A stretch of DNA of 64,000 nt from Penicillus capitatus (taxonomy: Eukaryota > Plantae > Chlorophyta). Location of the stretch: assembly GCA_965649825.1 (NCBI GenBank), contig OZ287697.1:310001-374000 (forward strand), in the 5' to 3' direction. The notes below the pieces were generated by a model. That model made no database searches and was not told where the DNA came from. It saw nothing but the letters and a program-made list of their open reading frames with translations. Below, one piece after another: positions 13,035 to 25,644 of this stretch. The number at the start of each line of letters is the position of its first letter. Position 1 is the first letter of the stretch. Position numbers and translations under genes: made by a program.

Positions 13035-15080
13035 ATGGCCGCGGCCTGCCGGACAATTGCATTTTGGCTCACGCTTCTTCACGTTCTCCACTCGGTGAAA
13101 TGCAGTGTGCCGGAAGACCTGAGCAATTATTTAAACGAATACGTATGTGACACCAGAGTCCGCCTCGTCAGGTAGGTCGTCTTCGAGCGAGCATCTTTCT
13201 TCAGAACACTGACGTTGCCACTGATGCAGGCCAAAGAAAGTCGGCGACGTGCGAAGAGCGGTGAAACGCCACGATCGCATCTCTCCAGTCGGCGTTGGTC
13301 ACTCTTACAACAGGGTGGCGCAACTATCGCCCACACTGACTCGTCTGACGCGCGTGTGTTTGCACCAGGGTTTCTTCTGCGCCGACGCTGCATTTGATGA
13401 TGGTGAAACGGCAGTCAACATCGTCATGACCAGTATCCGCCGTCCGAAGATCAGAGTCGACGAAGAGGAAATGTCTGTCTGGGTTTCGGCAGGAGTGAGC
13501 ATCTGGAATCTGATGACCTTTCTCGGAGACTACGTCACAGATGCCGCGCCTAGAGGTGATTGCATGTCACTCGTCTTTCTCAGAGAACGAGACAGATGCT
13601 TCCAGGTTACGCTCTGGGCAAGGTCTCAATCTATGTCAATCAGACGATCGGAGGGGCCATTGCAACCAATACGCACGGAAGCAGTTTTACATACAGCTCG
13701 CTCTCCAACGAGGTTATCGGCTTCAAAGTGGTGCTGGCCAACGGAACGCTGACGGAGATCTATCCAGATAGACATCCACTGTACTTCAGGGCCTTTCAGG
13801 TCAGCGTCGGACGCCTCGGCGTCGTGACCGACGTGAAAATGCGGATCATTCGCGAGACACTCGTCAAGAGGACGATCAAGCAGTCGACAGATCGCGAGGA
13901 CTTCTTCTCGGAAATCAGAGAGATCCAATCAGTATACGCTTCGGGTGAGCCGATCCCTGAGTGGATCGAAGGAGTCACGTACTTCATCGCGTTCGCCAAA
14001 AACATCACGGTAAGAAACCCCGGAGTTTGGACAGCGCTAAAGGTCGATCTGCAGTTCTCGCGTTGGACGTTCGAGAATCTGGGAGCTGAAGAACGCGGCG
14101 TAGAGCGAACACGCGATTCTCACAGCTTGGCGAATTCTCAAGCTGCTCCTCCACGCGCATACCAAATGTTCAGCAGCCCTGCCAATGCCCGCTTCTACAA
14201 GTCTCGCTCTGCTATCGCTAATGGCGTCGACTGGACCGTTCCGGATCCGCGTCCTCCAAATCTGAATCTGAGCAATCCGGATTTGACAGCATCGTTTGTC
14301 GAATCTTCATCGGCTGGGTTATCGATTTTGTTTGGAAACGTCACCGGAGACACACACGAAGTGGAGTTACTAACTCCTGCAGCGGTTTTTAACAGTACGG
14401 ATAGCATTGACATTTACGAAGTGGGTGTGCCGTTGGAGAAAGTAGTAGAGTGCATGGACAGCTTTCTAACTCTTGCCGAGGGTCTGTCAGCAGGGACATT
14501 TTTGCAACGGCCTCTCCTAATCAGATTCGCCGGAAAGGAGAGCGGATTGTTGTCGGTTTCACACGACCGAGCCCATGTCTGGTTTCAAACTGTCGACACC
14601 GTTTTCTACAACCGAGAGTGCGTGATCTGATCGCGTAGCGACTCTCTGTGACGCTGCTCTGCTCTCTAGACCGAGATCCAGCAATTTGCCGTTCAAGCAG
14701 CTGATTGCTCACCTCGTGGCCAACGAATCCTGTTCGCCTAGTCGTCTGCACTGGGGCAAGGCAGGATGGCCGGATTTCGGCTGCTGGAACGGCGCCGAAC
14801 ACTACAAGGATACCTGGTGCGATTTCGGATGCGCCGTGAGAGCGCTCGATCCCACAGACAAGTTCATTGGTTCCGCCCCAGACAGGTGCACCGTTGATAA
14901 AGAACTCTCTTAAGCTGAATGATTGCCTTCTTTGACAGATGGAATTGGAATGGTGCCAATCTGGAGAGGTGCTGTACCGACGAAGGGTACGATACCTCTT
15001 TGGATGGTTGTGGCTGCAATGTCATTCCCATTCGCACCCGCGAGGAATGTCCAGAGGCCCCATTCTACACGAACAGATGA
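13035..15080 (+). CDS. Secreted FAD-linked oxidase, copy F3
   Basis: Same exon-intron structure and motifs as F1/F2; TGA at 15078-15080. Confidence 0.88.
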
Positions 15081-17668
15081 ACCTGTTCGATCTTTTCTTC
15101 AGTCTATCGACGATAGCACTCATTTCTGCCTGATTTTTTCTTTGCCATGTGGCTGTCCGGGGGATCTTTTTTTACCCGTCTGATGAGGCTTCTTTCTGTG
15201 CTCTACTGCAGCGATGAGCACTCCTTAAGTTGACATCGACTCTCGGGGTTATTTGCTCGTTCCAAACCTGCAAAAAACATGTTCTATGACGCCCATTTTT
15301 TTGCACGTTGATTCATTTGTTCTCCTGAGTTTCAGATTTATTTCCCTTTCGTAAGGAAATGCAAGGTACATGTTAAGAAACACGCCGAGAGAAACGGCCG
15401 AAGTAGGTTCTTGTGGTCTGATCATGTAACAACGAAAGTCGTCGTACTAGAAAGAAGCATCGAATAGATGCTATCACGCTCTCGTAGGCATCAGGGTGAC
15501 GAAAACTGAAGGTTTGATGAACTTACAGTCTGCACAAGTTTTGACTCGTATCTATATTTCGAACGAGCTTCACCACTCCCGATATCAAAGTTTTGTCGCC
15601 GGTGTAAATGTTAAGACCTCGTTCAACAGAAAGAACCGAAATTGTCAATAAGACGTCGTTCTTTTCTCAGATGATCAGTGTTTGGCATTTATTCCGGTGT
15701 TTTTAAGTCTCGTGCACCTTCTGGATGGTTCTTCTGTGCAGCCACTTAAACAAATTCACAAAGCTATTGTTCCGTCCACTAAAAGAAATCCTTGTGCTAA
15801 GAAGACCAGAATTACCGAGAAAAGAAAGGAGACAGATTGTGAGTTACGACGATTATTTAAACTTGCGAGATACGTCGATTGATGTTCTTTTTTCTGTTTT
15901 CTAATGCAACAATGATTAACATGTTACTCGATAAGTGGTCTTGAGAGCTTTGCCATGCAAATATGCCGAGGCGTTACAGGTGAAGAACAGAAGATCTAGT
16001 AGTGATGTTTGGTAAACGTACCGACACGATTGTATTCGCAGATTCGACTTTTCTTAACAAGTTCTGCAGCGGAACGGTCCGTACAGCGAAAAAAATGTTT
16101 GAAAATATAAACAGCATCTAAACAACTCGCGTTCAACCCAATTCCCCTGATCCAGCCGAGGTGTACCCCGAGCTCAACAGAGGCCTGCTCTCTCGGTGCA
16201 ACCATACCCACTTTTCATCCCAAACTCAGAAGAGGATAAACGTGTTTAAGATGCAAAAACCGAGATCGAGATGTGTAAGTAAGAAGGATTCGAATGAAAT
16301 GTTACATTCTCCAAATCGTCGATTTAGTTTTCAAAATGTCCTTTCACATTGAAAAAACTACGAAATGGATTTCGAAGATGGTTAATGGATTTCCAATCCG
16401 ACGAGTCTGTTTTCAAAGTGTTAAAACGTTAGATGAAAACTGTCAAGGGAGGATAGTTGTTACCTTCGCTGCCGAACTCTCCGGACAGCTGTACCGTTCC
16501 GGGTCACATCAGCATCTGGATACTTAAACGCGTCCCCTGTGTGAACTCTGCCTCGTTTGTAATCCATCAGTCTTCGTAGCATCCACCTCGACGGAAACCA
16601 TATCAGTTTTAGCTGTTTCTTTTTCAAACAAGGCCAAATCGTTCTTGTACATATGGACAGGTTCAACTCAATATGCTAATTTGTTCTCCGGGCGAGTTGC
16701 AACTGCTTTTGGTGATTACGTCAAACAAGGCCGAAAAAAATTGTCTAGACGACAAGATAGAAGCCGGATCGGCAATCAATAGATGCACGGATGAATTGCT
16801 TCGCAGACGAGTTTGTGTCAACGACAATAATTTGACATCGCTCAAATAAAATGACAGAAATTGAGATTGACCTTATTCACAGTCTCGACACTTGTACTTT
16901 CTGAAAGCGGACACGTTTAATTCAAAATCGATGTAGCTTCTTTCGAAATCGTTCCTACGACGTTCTTACGTAGGGATAACATGGTTAGCAAATTGGATGA
17001 TTGAATGCGTAATGAGAAGACCTTTTTCGAAATCGATGCTACACAACTCGCTCAATTTCAGAACTTTGAGTATGCCTCAACGTTTTTAACCTTGAGGAAA
17101 AATAGCATAGCAGATGTGGTAGGAAGTCGATTTTTAATCATGCATATACTCTATGTCACGCTCTTGCATGGAAGTCACATCATCTTCCTTGATTCTGAGG
17201 GGCTAATGATTTCAAGAGGCACTTACTTAACGTCTCTTCAGGGGAACTTTCCTATGGCTCTGAGCGTTGGATGACTCAACTGATCTGTGAGGTCTTGTCG
17301 CATCCTACATATAGATGGGCGCATTCTGCAGACAAACAGTCTTGCTCTGTAAACTCGAGAAGGCTTTTTCTGCTTTTGCTCGTTTAGCGCACCGCCTCCC
17401 GCGTGACATTCTAAAAACTTCATCGAGTATGCAGTCCCACCACGCCAACCAGTGTTTAGATGCAAGTTGTGAACGAAGGACCCTCAACGTTGCTGTCAGT
17501 TTTTGTCGTAAAAGTTGCGGGAACTCGCGCTCGCGGGAAACAGTGCGTTTGAGAATTTGCCGATCTTAAGTACAATCTTTGCGCTTGTGAACGTCCCTTT
17601 TGATTGTTCATCTGTCTGATCATACACGCATCAGAAAACGGTTTCCCACAAAAACGCATTTCTCCGAA

Positions 17669-18754
17669 ATGTCCGCGACAAGAGCTCACAGCAGCGCTAC
17701 GAACGAAGATGTCTGCTCCAGCGAACCTGGCGTTTACAAAGTTTGTACCTCTTCGCTTCTCTTTCGATTCAAGCGGTGCCGACGTTAGGTCAAACTAAAA
17801 ATCCCACAAAGTGCCATCGTGAACTCCACCGTCTTTACAAAACCTCATTTCTACTCCATCCATCGGGAATGGTCGAATCCTGAATCCACCAGCGCATCTT
17901 CGATGCGTCATCGATCGTAGGAAGCTGGACATCTGTATCGAAGACGTCTCTGGAGTAGCGTTTCTGGGACGGGTGGACTGGTTCTCGTTCTCCGTGCATC
18001 AACGGGACGCTCTCTTGGATTTCATAACACAGCCGTGTACGTCGGAAGCGATCGACAAACATTTTGAATGGGAAAACAAGATATACAAAAAAGTACATTC
18101 GAGGATAATGAAGTTCGTTGCCCCTATCGAAAACTGGTTAGAGACAACGAAAGAAAACCTGCTCACAAGATCAGACATTGCCAACTGTTGGTTTAATACA
18201 GCAAAGAACTGGAACCGTCATCTGTTCTTGCTGTGCTGGCCTGTTGTCCTTTCGGCCATCTTTCTAACACAATGCCCCATCCTTGTCTTCTATCCAGTGG
18301 TTGTTTCTCTTTTTACTGTATTCACTGCATTCCTTCTTCTGCTGTTTCATAGTCTGATTGTGCTCTACCGTCTAATCATATTGTCCAGCTGCATTTTTCG
18401 GTACATTGTATTTGTTGTCTGTGGAGTTCTCTTACACTCTTGCTGGTTTGAACGAGAGTACCTTGCCTTGTCAGCAAAGATAACACTCTTAAGCGAAGAA
18501 AAAATACCCATCCGTTGTACGGTGACTGCTTTGCACAATGACTTCTTCTTTCTCAACAAGTCCCGAAGTGCGTCGTTCGTTGTGACGCGTCAATCTCAGA
18601 GATCTTTTGATTCATAGGCGCCGAAAAGACACTCGAATGCAATAAGGAACTGGAGATCAAAGGCTTCACAGACTTGGAATCTGTGGAGAAGACGAGCAGT
18701 GGCTATGTCAAAAACAATTGGATCACTGTGCAGGTTAAGGTGCAGAGACTTTGA
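17669..18754 (+). CDS. MATH-like membrane protein M2, paralog of M1 lacking the RING
   Basis: Spliced GVYK|VKLK..HFYSIHREW|KLDI.., hydrophobic block, IRCTVTALHN..SRS|AEK..GFTDLES..SGYVKNNWITVQVKVQRL*. Intron positions match M1. Confidence 0.7.
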
Positions 18755-18785
18755 AAACATAAGCCCAAAAACGACATCGGCTCAG

Positions 18786-19509
18786 ATGAACGTTGTTCTT
18801 GCAGTAATGAGAGCGTATCGCCTTCTCGGTGTTAAAGATAGCGCTCGACGTTTTTTGTCCGAATGGCCAGGCGTGACGCGCTGCACGCGGCTCTTTTCGG
18901 AAACCGCTGCCGACAAAGATCCGAAGACCACGGCTGTCAAAACCGACACTCCAGACGACCGCCTCAAACGCGTGCGACCGAATCGACCCATCGACCGACG
19001 GCCGATTCGATATCTCCTGTCCACAGCAGGTTAACAGACTGAGATGGAGGAGTCATCAGCGCGGCCTTCTCGAAATGGACATCCTTCTCGTGTTGTGTCC
19101 TTGCCAAGACCGCCGCCTCTAATCCGAAGTGATTTAGGGGAAATGGTCTGATACGCGTCTGGACGAAATGCAGCCTGACATGCTCCAAGCCTTCGAGCAG
19201 TTCCTTGACGAAGTCATCTCCTCTACCATGACCCATACATGACAACGGACCCATCTCTCTGCAGGAGACACCGTCGCTGTACAAATGGGTGACAGGACAG
19301 GAGGCCTATCCCGAACGCCTTCAGCATAATCCCGCCTTCATGGTAAGACGCCTGTCACTTCAGCCGACGGTCCCCATTGAACTCTCGCGTTTCAGGACTT
19401 CTACCGTTTTGTCCAGAAGAGAGTGGAGGAGAATAGTGTGAAGTCTTCGAGGAATCGTGCTCACGCCGAATGGATTCGAGGATGGCATGATAGAGGCAAC
19501 CAGTCATGA
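18786..19509 (+). CDS. SDHAF2: Succinate dehydrogenase assembly factor 2 (flavinator of SDH), mitochondrial
   Basis: Not visible in the ORF track. Four introns give ..VNRLRWRSHQRGLLEMDILL|GKWSD..FEQFLDE|ETPSLYKWVTGQE.., the Sdh5 signature, behind an Arg-rich transit-peptide-like N-terminus. Confidence 0.85.
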
Positions 19510-19735
19510 CGTGACGTCTGTAACGAATGGTTCTTACGTTGCCGCGTCCGCTCTATTCGTTCACGCTAAATGGAGGAAATGCCTCGTCTCCTGCTGCAAA
19601 GGAACGGCTTGCAACCATTAATCGTCGTTTCTAGAAGTACAAAGCCGGCAATTCTACCTCGAGTGTAGCTAATATCCTAGCCAGTTTGTTTACTGAAAAG
19701 AGTAATCGAAAGGCAATAAAGTAGCAAGGGTCACT

Positions 19736-20677
19736 ATGAACCGTTTTCCGTGTATCCTGCTTTTGGCCTTGCTCATCGCTGCTGTTCCAGGAAGAGCTAA
19801 AAGTAAACACCCCGAACATCACCAAGACACGAGATGCTACGACTATCCGGCAGATTATTATTCAAGAAGTGGTGGCGCTGCGAGTGGAGGGTACCAGACT
19901 TACGAACACGAATCGGGATCCAATTCTAGTACCGTTCGTGTCAGGGCAAAAATCGCAGGGAAGGCATACTCGCAGTCATCTTCTGCGACAGAGACGAGCC
20001 CAGAGACCTCTATAGAGCCAAAGAAGAGTCCTCAACCTTCTGCCGAGCCCAATAAGAGCCCTAAGCACTCAACGGAGCCTAAGACGAGCCCTAAGCACTC
20101 TACAGAACCCAAGAAAAGTCCAGAGCCCTCTGTAGAAGTCCATAAGAGTCCAGAGCCGTCTGCAGTGCCCAAGCAGACTCCAGAGCCATCTACAGAACCC
20201 AAGCAAAGTCCAGAGCCATCTGCAGTGCCTCAGAAGAGTCCCGAGCCGTTGCCAGTGCCTCAGAAGAGCCCCGAGCCGTCGTCAGTGCCTCAGAAGAGCC
20301 CCGAGCCATCCACAGAACCCAAGCAAAGTCCAGAGCCGTCTGCAGTGCCTCAGAAGAGTCTTGCGCCCTCTCCAGATACCAAGACTTCTCCGTTTCCAAT
20401 CGATTTCAGCACGACGGCATCATCATTGCGTACCCGGGTTTTTCAAGGCGATGTCGAGGGTGCCGCAAATGTTCTCCAGTCTTCACGTGTGATCAGTCTT
20501 GCAGCCGGAATGACGTATCCGTATGAACTGAAACATCTGGTTCAACCAAGCGAGAATCGTAATGCAGATCCCGATGTCACTGCCCTCAAGGCAAGATCAT
20601 CACACGAGTACGCACTCACTCATACCATCAGGTGTGGTGCTTTAGGCTATGGCAATGTCCGCGCTCCAGACAAGTGA
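19736..20677 (+). CDS. Secreted Pro/Ser/Lys-rich repeat protein (wall or matrix glycoprotein-like)
   Basis: Signal peptide MNRFPCILLLALLIAAVPGRA followed by 13 decapeptide repeats. The 3' end may be spliced further, to about 20790. Confidence 0.7.
   Translation: MNRFPCILLLALLIAAVPGRAKSKHPEHHQDTRCYDYPADYYSRSGGAASGGYQTYEHESGSNSSTVRVRAKIAGKAYSQSSSATETSPETSIEPKKSPQPSAEPNKSPKHSTEPKTSPKHSTEPKKSPEPSVEVHKSPEPSAVPKQTPEPSTEPKQSPEPSAVPQKSPEPLPVPQKSPEPSSVPQKSPEPSTEPKQSPEPSAVPQKSLAPSPDTKTSPFPIDFSTTASSLRTRVFQGDVEGAANVLQSSRVISLAAGMTYPYELKHLVQPSENRNADPDVTALKARSSHEYALTHTIRCGALGYGNVRAPDK
19994..20383 (+). repeat. 13 x 30-nt coding tandem repeat (consensus KSPEPSxxPx)
   Basis: Units TSPETSIEPK, KSPQPSAEPN, KSPKHSTEPK ... 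KSLAPSPDTK read directly from the translation. Confidence 0.9.
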
Positions 20678-21657
20678 TGCCAAGAAACTTGCAGATGTCG
20701 CTGTGCTCTCTTTCCAGTCTGACTGTCAATGTTCTGGTACGTACCTCACCTCATTGACACATTACATTCTTCTTGGCCAAGCGACGGATAAATAAATGTG
20801 TATCGTTTCTGTAGTACTGACGCCGGAAGAAGCGGACGATTACCGAGAACACTTCGCCGCCATTTTCACAGACAGAAATCACATGTTTGAAATTGTTACT
20901 GCTGATGCTAATAAAGTGAGCCAGCCTGCTATTCGACACGTGCAAACAAGGATCTCTGGATGCAGGATCTGCTGACGCACCGTCGAAAACTTCAAAGCGG
21001 CGTCGGAAAAAGCCCCGTGACCTCTTTGGTGTGCGCCTCCTGTTGGCCGATAAAAATCTGCGAAGTATGTTTCTGGTGCGAAAAAGGACAAGGAAGAAAA
21101 GTAGAAAGAAAAAGAAGAGGAAGACGCTTGTGACTCGCCTATTTGTTTTCTACACTTCTGTCGATGGAGGCGGTCACGCTGTTTGTCTATTCTTTCCCGT
21201 TTCTCTTCATCATCTGCCATGTCAAGAGCTATGGCATGTTCGAAAGATGCGAGAGTGTATGTGTGTCGTGATATCGTTCTTTCAACGTTCTGTTGTAAAG
21301 AGACGTTCGGCGACGCTTAGCATCATCTCCTGAGCAGTGCGTGAGTGATCTTCGGATCGTGCACCGACGACGACTGCCGAAACGGCGGCTCGTTTTGACA
21401 GACCACAACGCCGAGCACAGCGAAGAGATCGCATTCGCAAGAAGGCAACGCATTTCAGCCGACCGATACATACCGTGCAACAAAGCGCCGTCGCCTGGAC
21501 GCCAGAAATCTCAACTTCATCTTGTTCGCTAGAAAGGACCCTTTGCTTTCTCATAGAAGTGGACTCAGCTGCATAAAGTGTTCTGAGAATATTTTTTATC
21601 GAGTATCCTTGGCATTGCTAGAGATGTCCCTCGAGCCATGACGGCTCAATACATTCG

Positions 21658-22117
21658 CTACTCTTGTGCTAGACAGTGATCGACTTTTTCGAGAAGGGCG
21701 TCCATTGCGCTGTGCATCCAGGCTACGGTTTCGTCCATCGAGCTCTCCGCGACGTATTCCTGCAGTCGATTGGCGTTGCTTCTGGATCGACGGTTCGTTT
21801 CTTGTACCTTAAGGTCCTCCATCTGGGCAAGATGTTGCAAACTTTGATCGATTTCTGCAATGCTGTCTTTCAAAACGTCCTCGGCGTCACGTTCTTCTCC
21901 GTCTATGACGACGGAGCCGACCTCCATGAGCTTCTACAGAGACACGCGCTATCGTTTACGGCGTTTTCGGCAGACGAATGCAGCAGACGTAATAACTTGC
22001 GCCGTATGGAAGGCTGCACTGTTCCGCCTGTTTCAGCAAACGGAGCAGAGGCGTCGGCGATGTGGCACGTTGACGCTTCGACACTCCGTCTATCTGTTCT
22101 GCTTTTCGCTTTTCCAT
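21658..22117 (-). CDS. Hypothetical small coiled-coil protein
   Basis: ORFs 21956..22162 and 21658..21927 can be joined by a phase-0 intron ending ctctgtag. Helical, acidic C-terminal half; family not recognised. Confidence 0.4.
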
Positions 22118-22287
22118 GGCCCCAACGACGCGACAGCGACGCACGAACACACGTATGATCATCCTATTCCTTCATAAGATTCAAAACTAGCGTTCCATTG
22201 ACCGCGCCTAGAGCGGCTGTGTATCAAGATAGAGAGCCGCTTGAGGCAAACTATCGCCGAGGCATGGCTAAGGCACTGCCCTTGGCG

Positions 22288-25200
22288 TCATCCGGTGTTC
22301 TGCATGCCGGCGGCGATGCCTTTGATGGTGATGATTAAGGCGTCATCCATATCTTGTAATTCGTCCTTTCCTCTGGTCGAGTCTGGATTCTCCTCTGCAT
22401 CTCTCAGAGCTTTCAGACATTCGATCTGCAGCAGGTTGAGCGGCGTGACGTACGGCGCTCGGAGTTTGATCTTCTGCGAGAGCAATGGATTGGCCGACGA
22501 CGCAGCCAGACCCAATGTCCCGTGACCTGTCACTTCAGAAAGGAGCTTCTTCGTCTGGGCAAAGCGCTGACGGAGATCGTCGCCAAACGACGCGAGAGAT
22601 GGATCCACCAGATGGGTATCGTACATCTTGACGACGCGGGGATCGGCCTTGTGCAGGACCATCTCGACGAGATCCAGGGTCACGTGAAAAAACGTCCACG
22701 AATGATACATCTCGATGAGGGTATCGCGATGCCCTGCTGCGAAGGCGCTCTCAATGGCTGCGTCCATTCCCAGCCAGACGGGCAGCAAAAAACGCGTCTG
22801 CGTCCAGGCGAAGATCCAGGGAATGGCGCGAAGTGTCTCGATGCCTCCTGTCTTTTTTCGTGCCGATGGACGACTGCCGATGTTGAGCTTGGCCAACTCG
22901 GCCACCGGTGTCATGCGACGGAAGTAATTCACGAAAAGCGGTTCCTCGAAGACGACATTGCGGTAGGCGGCGCAAGAGTGCTTTGCCATCTCTGACAGCA
23001 GCGTCGTCCATTCCTTCTTTGGCTCCGTGTCTTGTCGAGCGAGTGTTGCCTCCAAGACGGCGGAGGTGTAGATATCTAATGTCCGATGACACACACGGCG
23101 CTCGCCGAACTGCTGCGCGATGATTTCGCCCTGAATGGTCACACGCATCTTTCCCTGCAAAACGACGCTCGTGATGTGACCCGTAGTACATAAGGTGCTG
23201 GCTGTACTTTAATCGTACCGGGCGGTTGTGATTTGACAGCGACGTGTGCTGGACCACCGCCACGACCAACTGTCCCACCGCGTCCATGAAACAACGTCAT
23301 CTCAATGCCGAACTCCTCGGCGACGGCGACGAGTTCCTGCTGAACTTGATAGAGGGCCCATGCCGCCGCCAGGCGACCGGCGTCTTTGCCTGGATGCACA
23401 GAATGTTGCGGCACGAGAGGCAGTGGTGATGTGACGTCGACCTGAATCCGAGTAGCCGATCATACATTCCTGCTTTCCTTCGATCGTCTCGTGGTACCAA
23501 GAATCGGACAGAAGCTGACGCATAGACTTCGGTGCGTTGTCGAGATCGGCAAGCGTCTCAAAAAGCGGCACGACACGGAGGTATGGCTTGACCCCACATT
23601 CACGCTGCAAGAGCATCACGGCCAAGACATCGGACGCCGCTTTGGCCATACTGATGACGTAGGCGCCCATCGAATCAGAAGGGAGACAAGAGATGACGCG
23701 AAACGTATCGACGACTTCCTGAGCGTCTTCGGACATAGGCATCCCAGGGGGCAACAGAGGACGACGTCCTCGAAGCTCCTTCAACAAAAACGCCAAGCGC
23801 GTTTCTTCATCCCACTGAGCATAGCTCCCCATCTCCAGGAATTCTGTGATCGTGTTCAGGACGTCGGTATGACGCGCAGACTCTTGACGGATGTCGAGTC
23901 GGACGACGCTCAGGCCAAAGGCATTCACCTAAGCAACGGACATTGCATATCTCTCTTTCCAAAATCGAGCAAAACTTGTCGAATCAGATCGAGTAGATGA
24001 CCATTGGCCACGTGCTCATCTCCCGTCTCCATCAACGAACGATGCATCAGGAGCAAAGGCTCGGCCAAATCGCAAAGATTGCTCAGGCAGTCTTCGTCGT
24101 CCAACGCCTCTTTGACACTGACCGTCGGTTGGGGCAGCAGTCCGTGCAGGATCTCCATTGAAAAGCGTCAGATAGAGGGATCGTCGTACGTGTGTGGTAC
24201 GACTCACTTCACGGGTTCGGTAGAGTTTGTCTCGCAGATCGGAGAGAACGACACGGAATGGCTCGCGTTTGGTAAACGGCGCCCAGAAATCTGCATAGTT
24301 ACGACGTTTTCTTTCGGCGGCGACGGCTGCGTGATCCATGGCATCCACAATGCGATCTGCCGTTTCTCTGAGCTCTGCGTTCACGCGCCAGAGCGACATC
24401 TCGAACATCAACTGCTCGATTTCTTTGAAGTAGAGATCACAAGCAGTCAGGCGTGCAATGATGCAGACATCTCTCGTGGTATCATGCCTCACATTGGGAT
24501 TACCATCGCGATCCCCACCCATCCACGATCCAAACCTGCCATGACTTCTCACTCTTTATCACACTTTTTAAAGCGACTACTTGAAAGGCGCATGCGTCAG
24601 CGGAATGCGTCCTTGTCCGATATTCTTGAGACAGGTATCGAGACGGCGCAAAAAAATGGGCAGCGTTGGGAAGATGACGTCCACAAAGGATGCCAAGCCG
24701 GCACGCATCTCATCCTAATCCAGACACATGTGTGGCCGATGAGTGAGATAGAGTGAGAACTTGTGGTGTGGGTTTGGTTCGATGAATCTCGTCTGTTCGC
24801 CAAGCCGATTGCACCTGGACTTTGAGCTCGGACAGACACTCGACCTTCTCATAGGATGTCATCTTCGTGCTGTGGAGCTTCATCACGGCGAGCTGCATGT
24901 TACGGTAGCTTCGCACTAGCTCCCGTCTGAGCGCCTGAGTCGGATGCGCTGTGAAGACCAATTCCACACTCTGTCCGCATAGCGCCTGTCACATCACACG
25001 GATGTATCGGGTGATCTGGGTATGTGTTGGGAGACGTGGTAGATGTCCTGGGCGCTGATGTCTGGCAGCTTTTCCAACGAAGCGATTGAACTTCCCGTCA
25101 AACGCAATGGCATCTCACTCTACACCTCACACATGTCACACCATGACCCCGACCCCCTATCCACCACACCGCTGCGCTCTGCTCCTTCTCGGACAGCACG

Positions 25201-25535
25201 CCTGCCACCTCTTCTGTAAGATTGTGTAGATTCAGTGTGTGCGAAAAGGCGCTTGCCACCTAATGCATGCCATGACGGCGACCTCCCTGGCCCATGGGGC
25301 ATACCATGACGCGCTCAGCAGGCTCCAATTCGGCAATGACTCGCGCTAGCATTTCAAAGTCTTTCGAGGCGCCATCGTCACACCACGATTTCGACAGTCC
25401 ATAAATCACGTCGACGCGATTCGCGAGTTTGGGATGGTGACGTTGGAGGACTTTGAAAAATAACGAACGGAGAAGACTGTCATCTTCGCGAAGGATGTCC
25501 TGCGACGAAGCCAAGAGACGCGCTTCAACGTCCAT
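22288..25535 (-). CDS. PPC: Phosphoenolpyruvate carboxylase (green-algal Ppc1-like)
   Basis: Eight GT-AG introns. Motifs [69 protein letters not shown] and C-terminal MQNTG. Confidence 0.97.
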
Positions 25536-25644
25536 CCCTCTGTCGACAAATAACGTCGTCTGCGCGATTCACGCCGCCACCGTCGCCGTCGGACACTTAA
25601 GGACGTTTCGCTGTCCGAGGGGCAAATGAAAAAGGGGACGATTC

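Noticed and set aside
22522-24756. Long plus-strand ORFs (22522, 23491, 24004) and similar antisense ORFs elsewhere, e.g. 27316-27834 and 51198-52025
   Set aside because: Shadows of real genes on the opposite strand; no independent motifs.
22288-25535. PEPC as evidence of C4-like metabolism
   Set aside because: A single ordinary anaplerotic-type PEPC; nothing in the sequence indicates C4 function.
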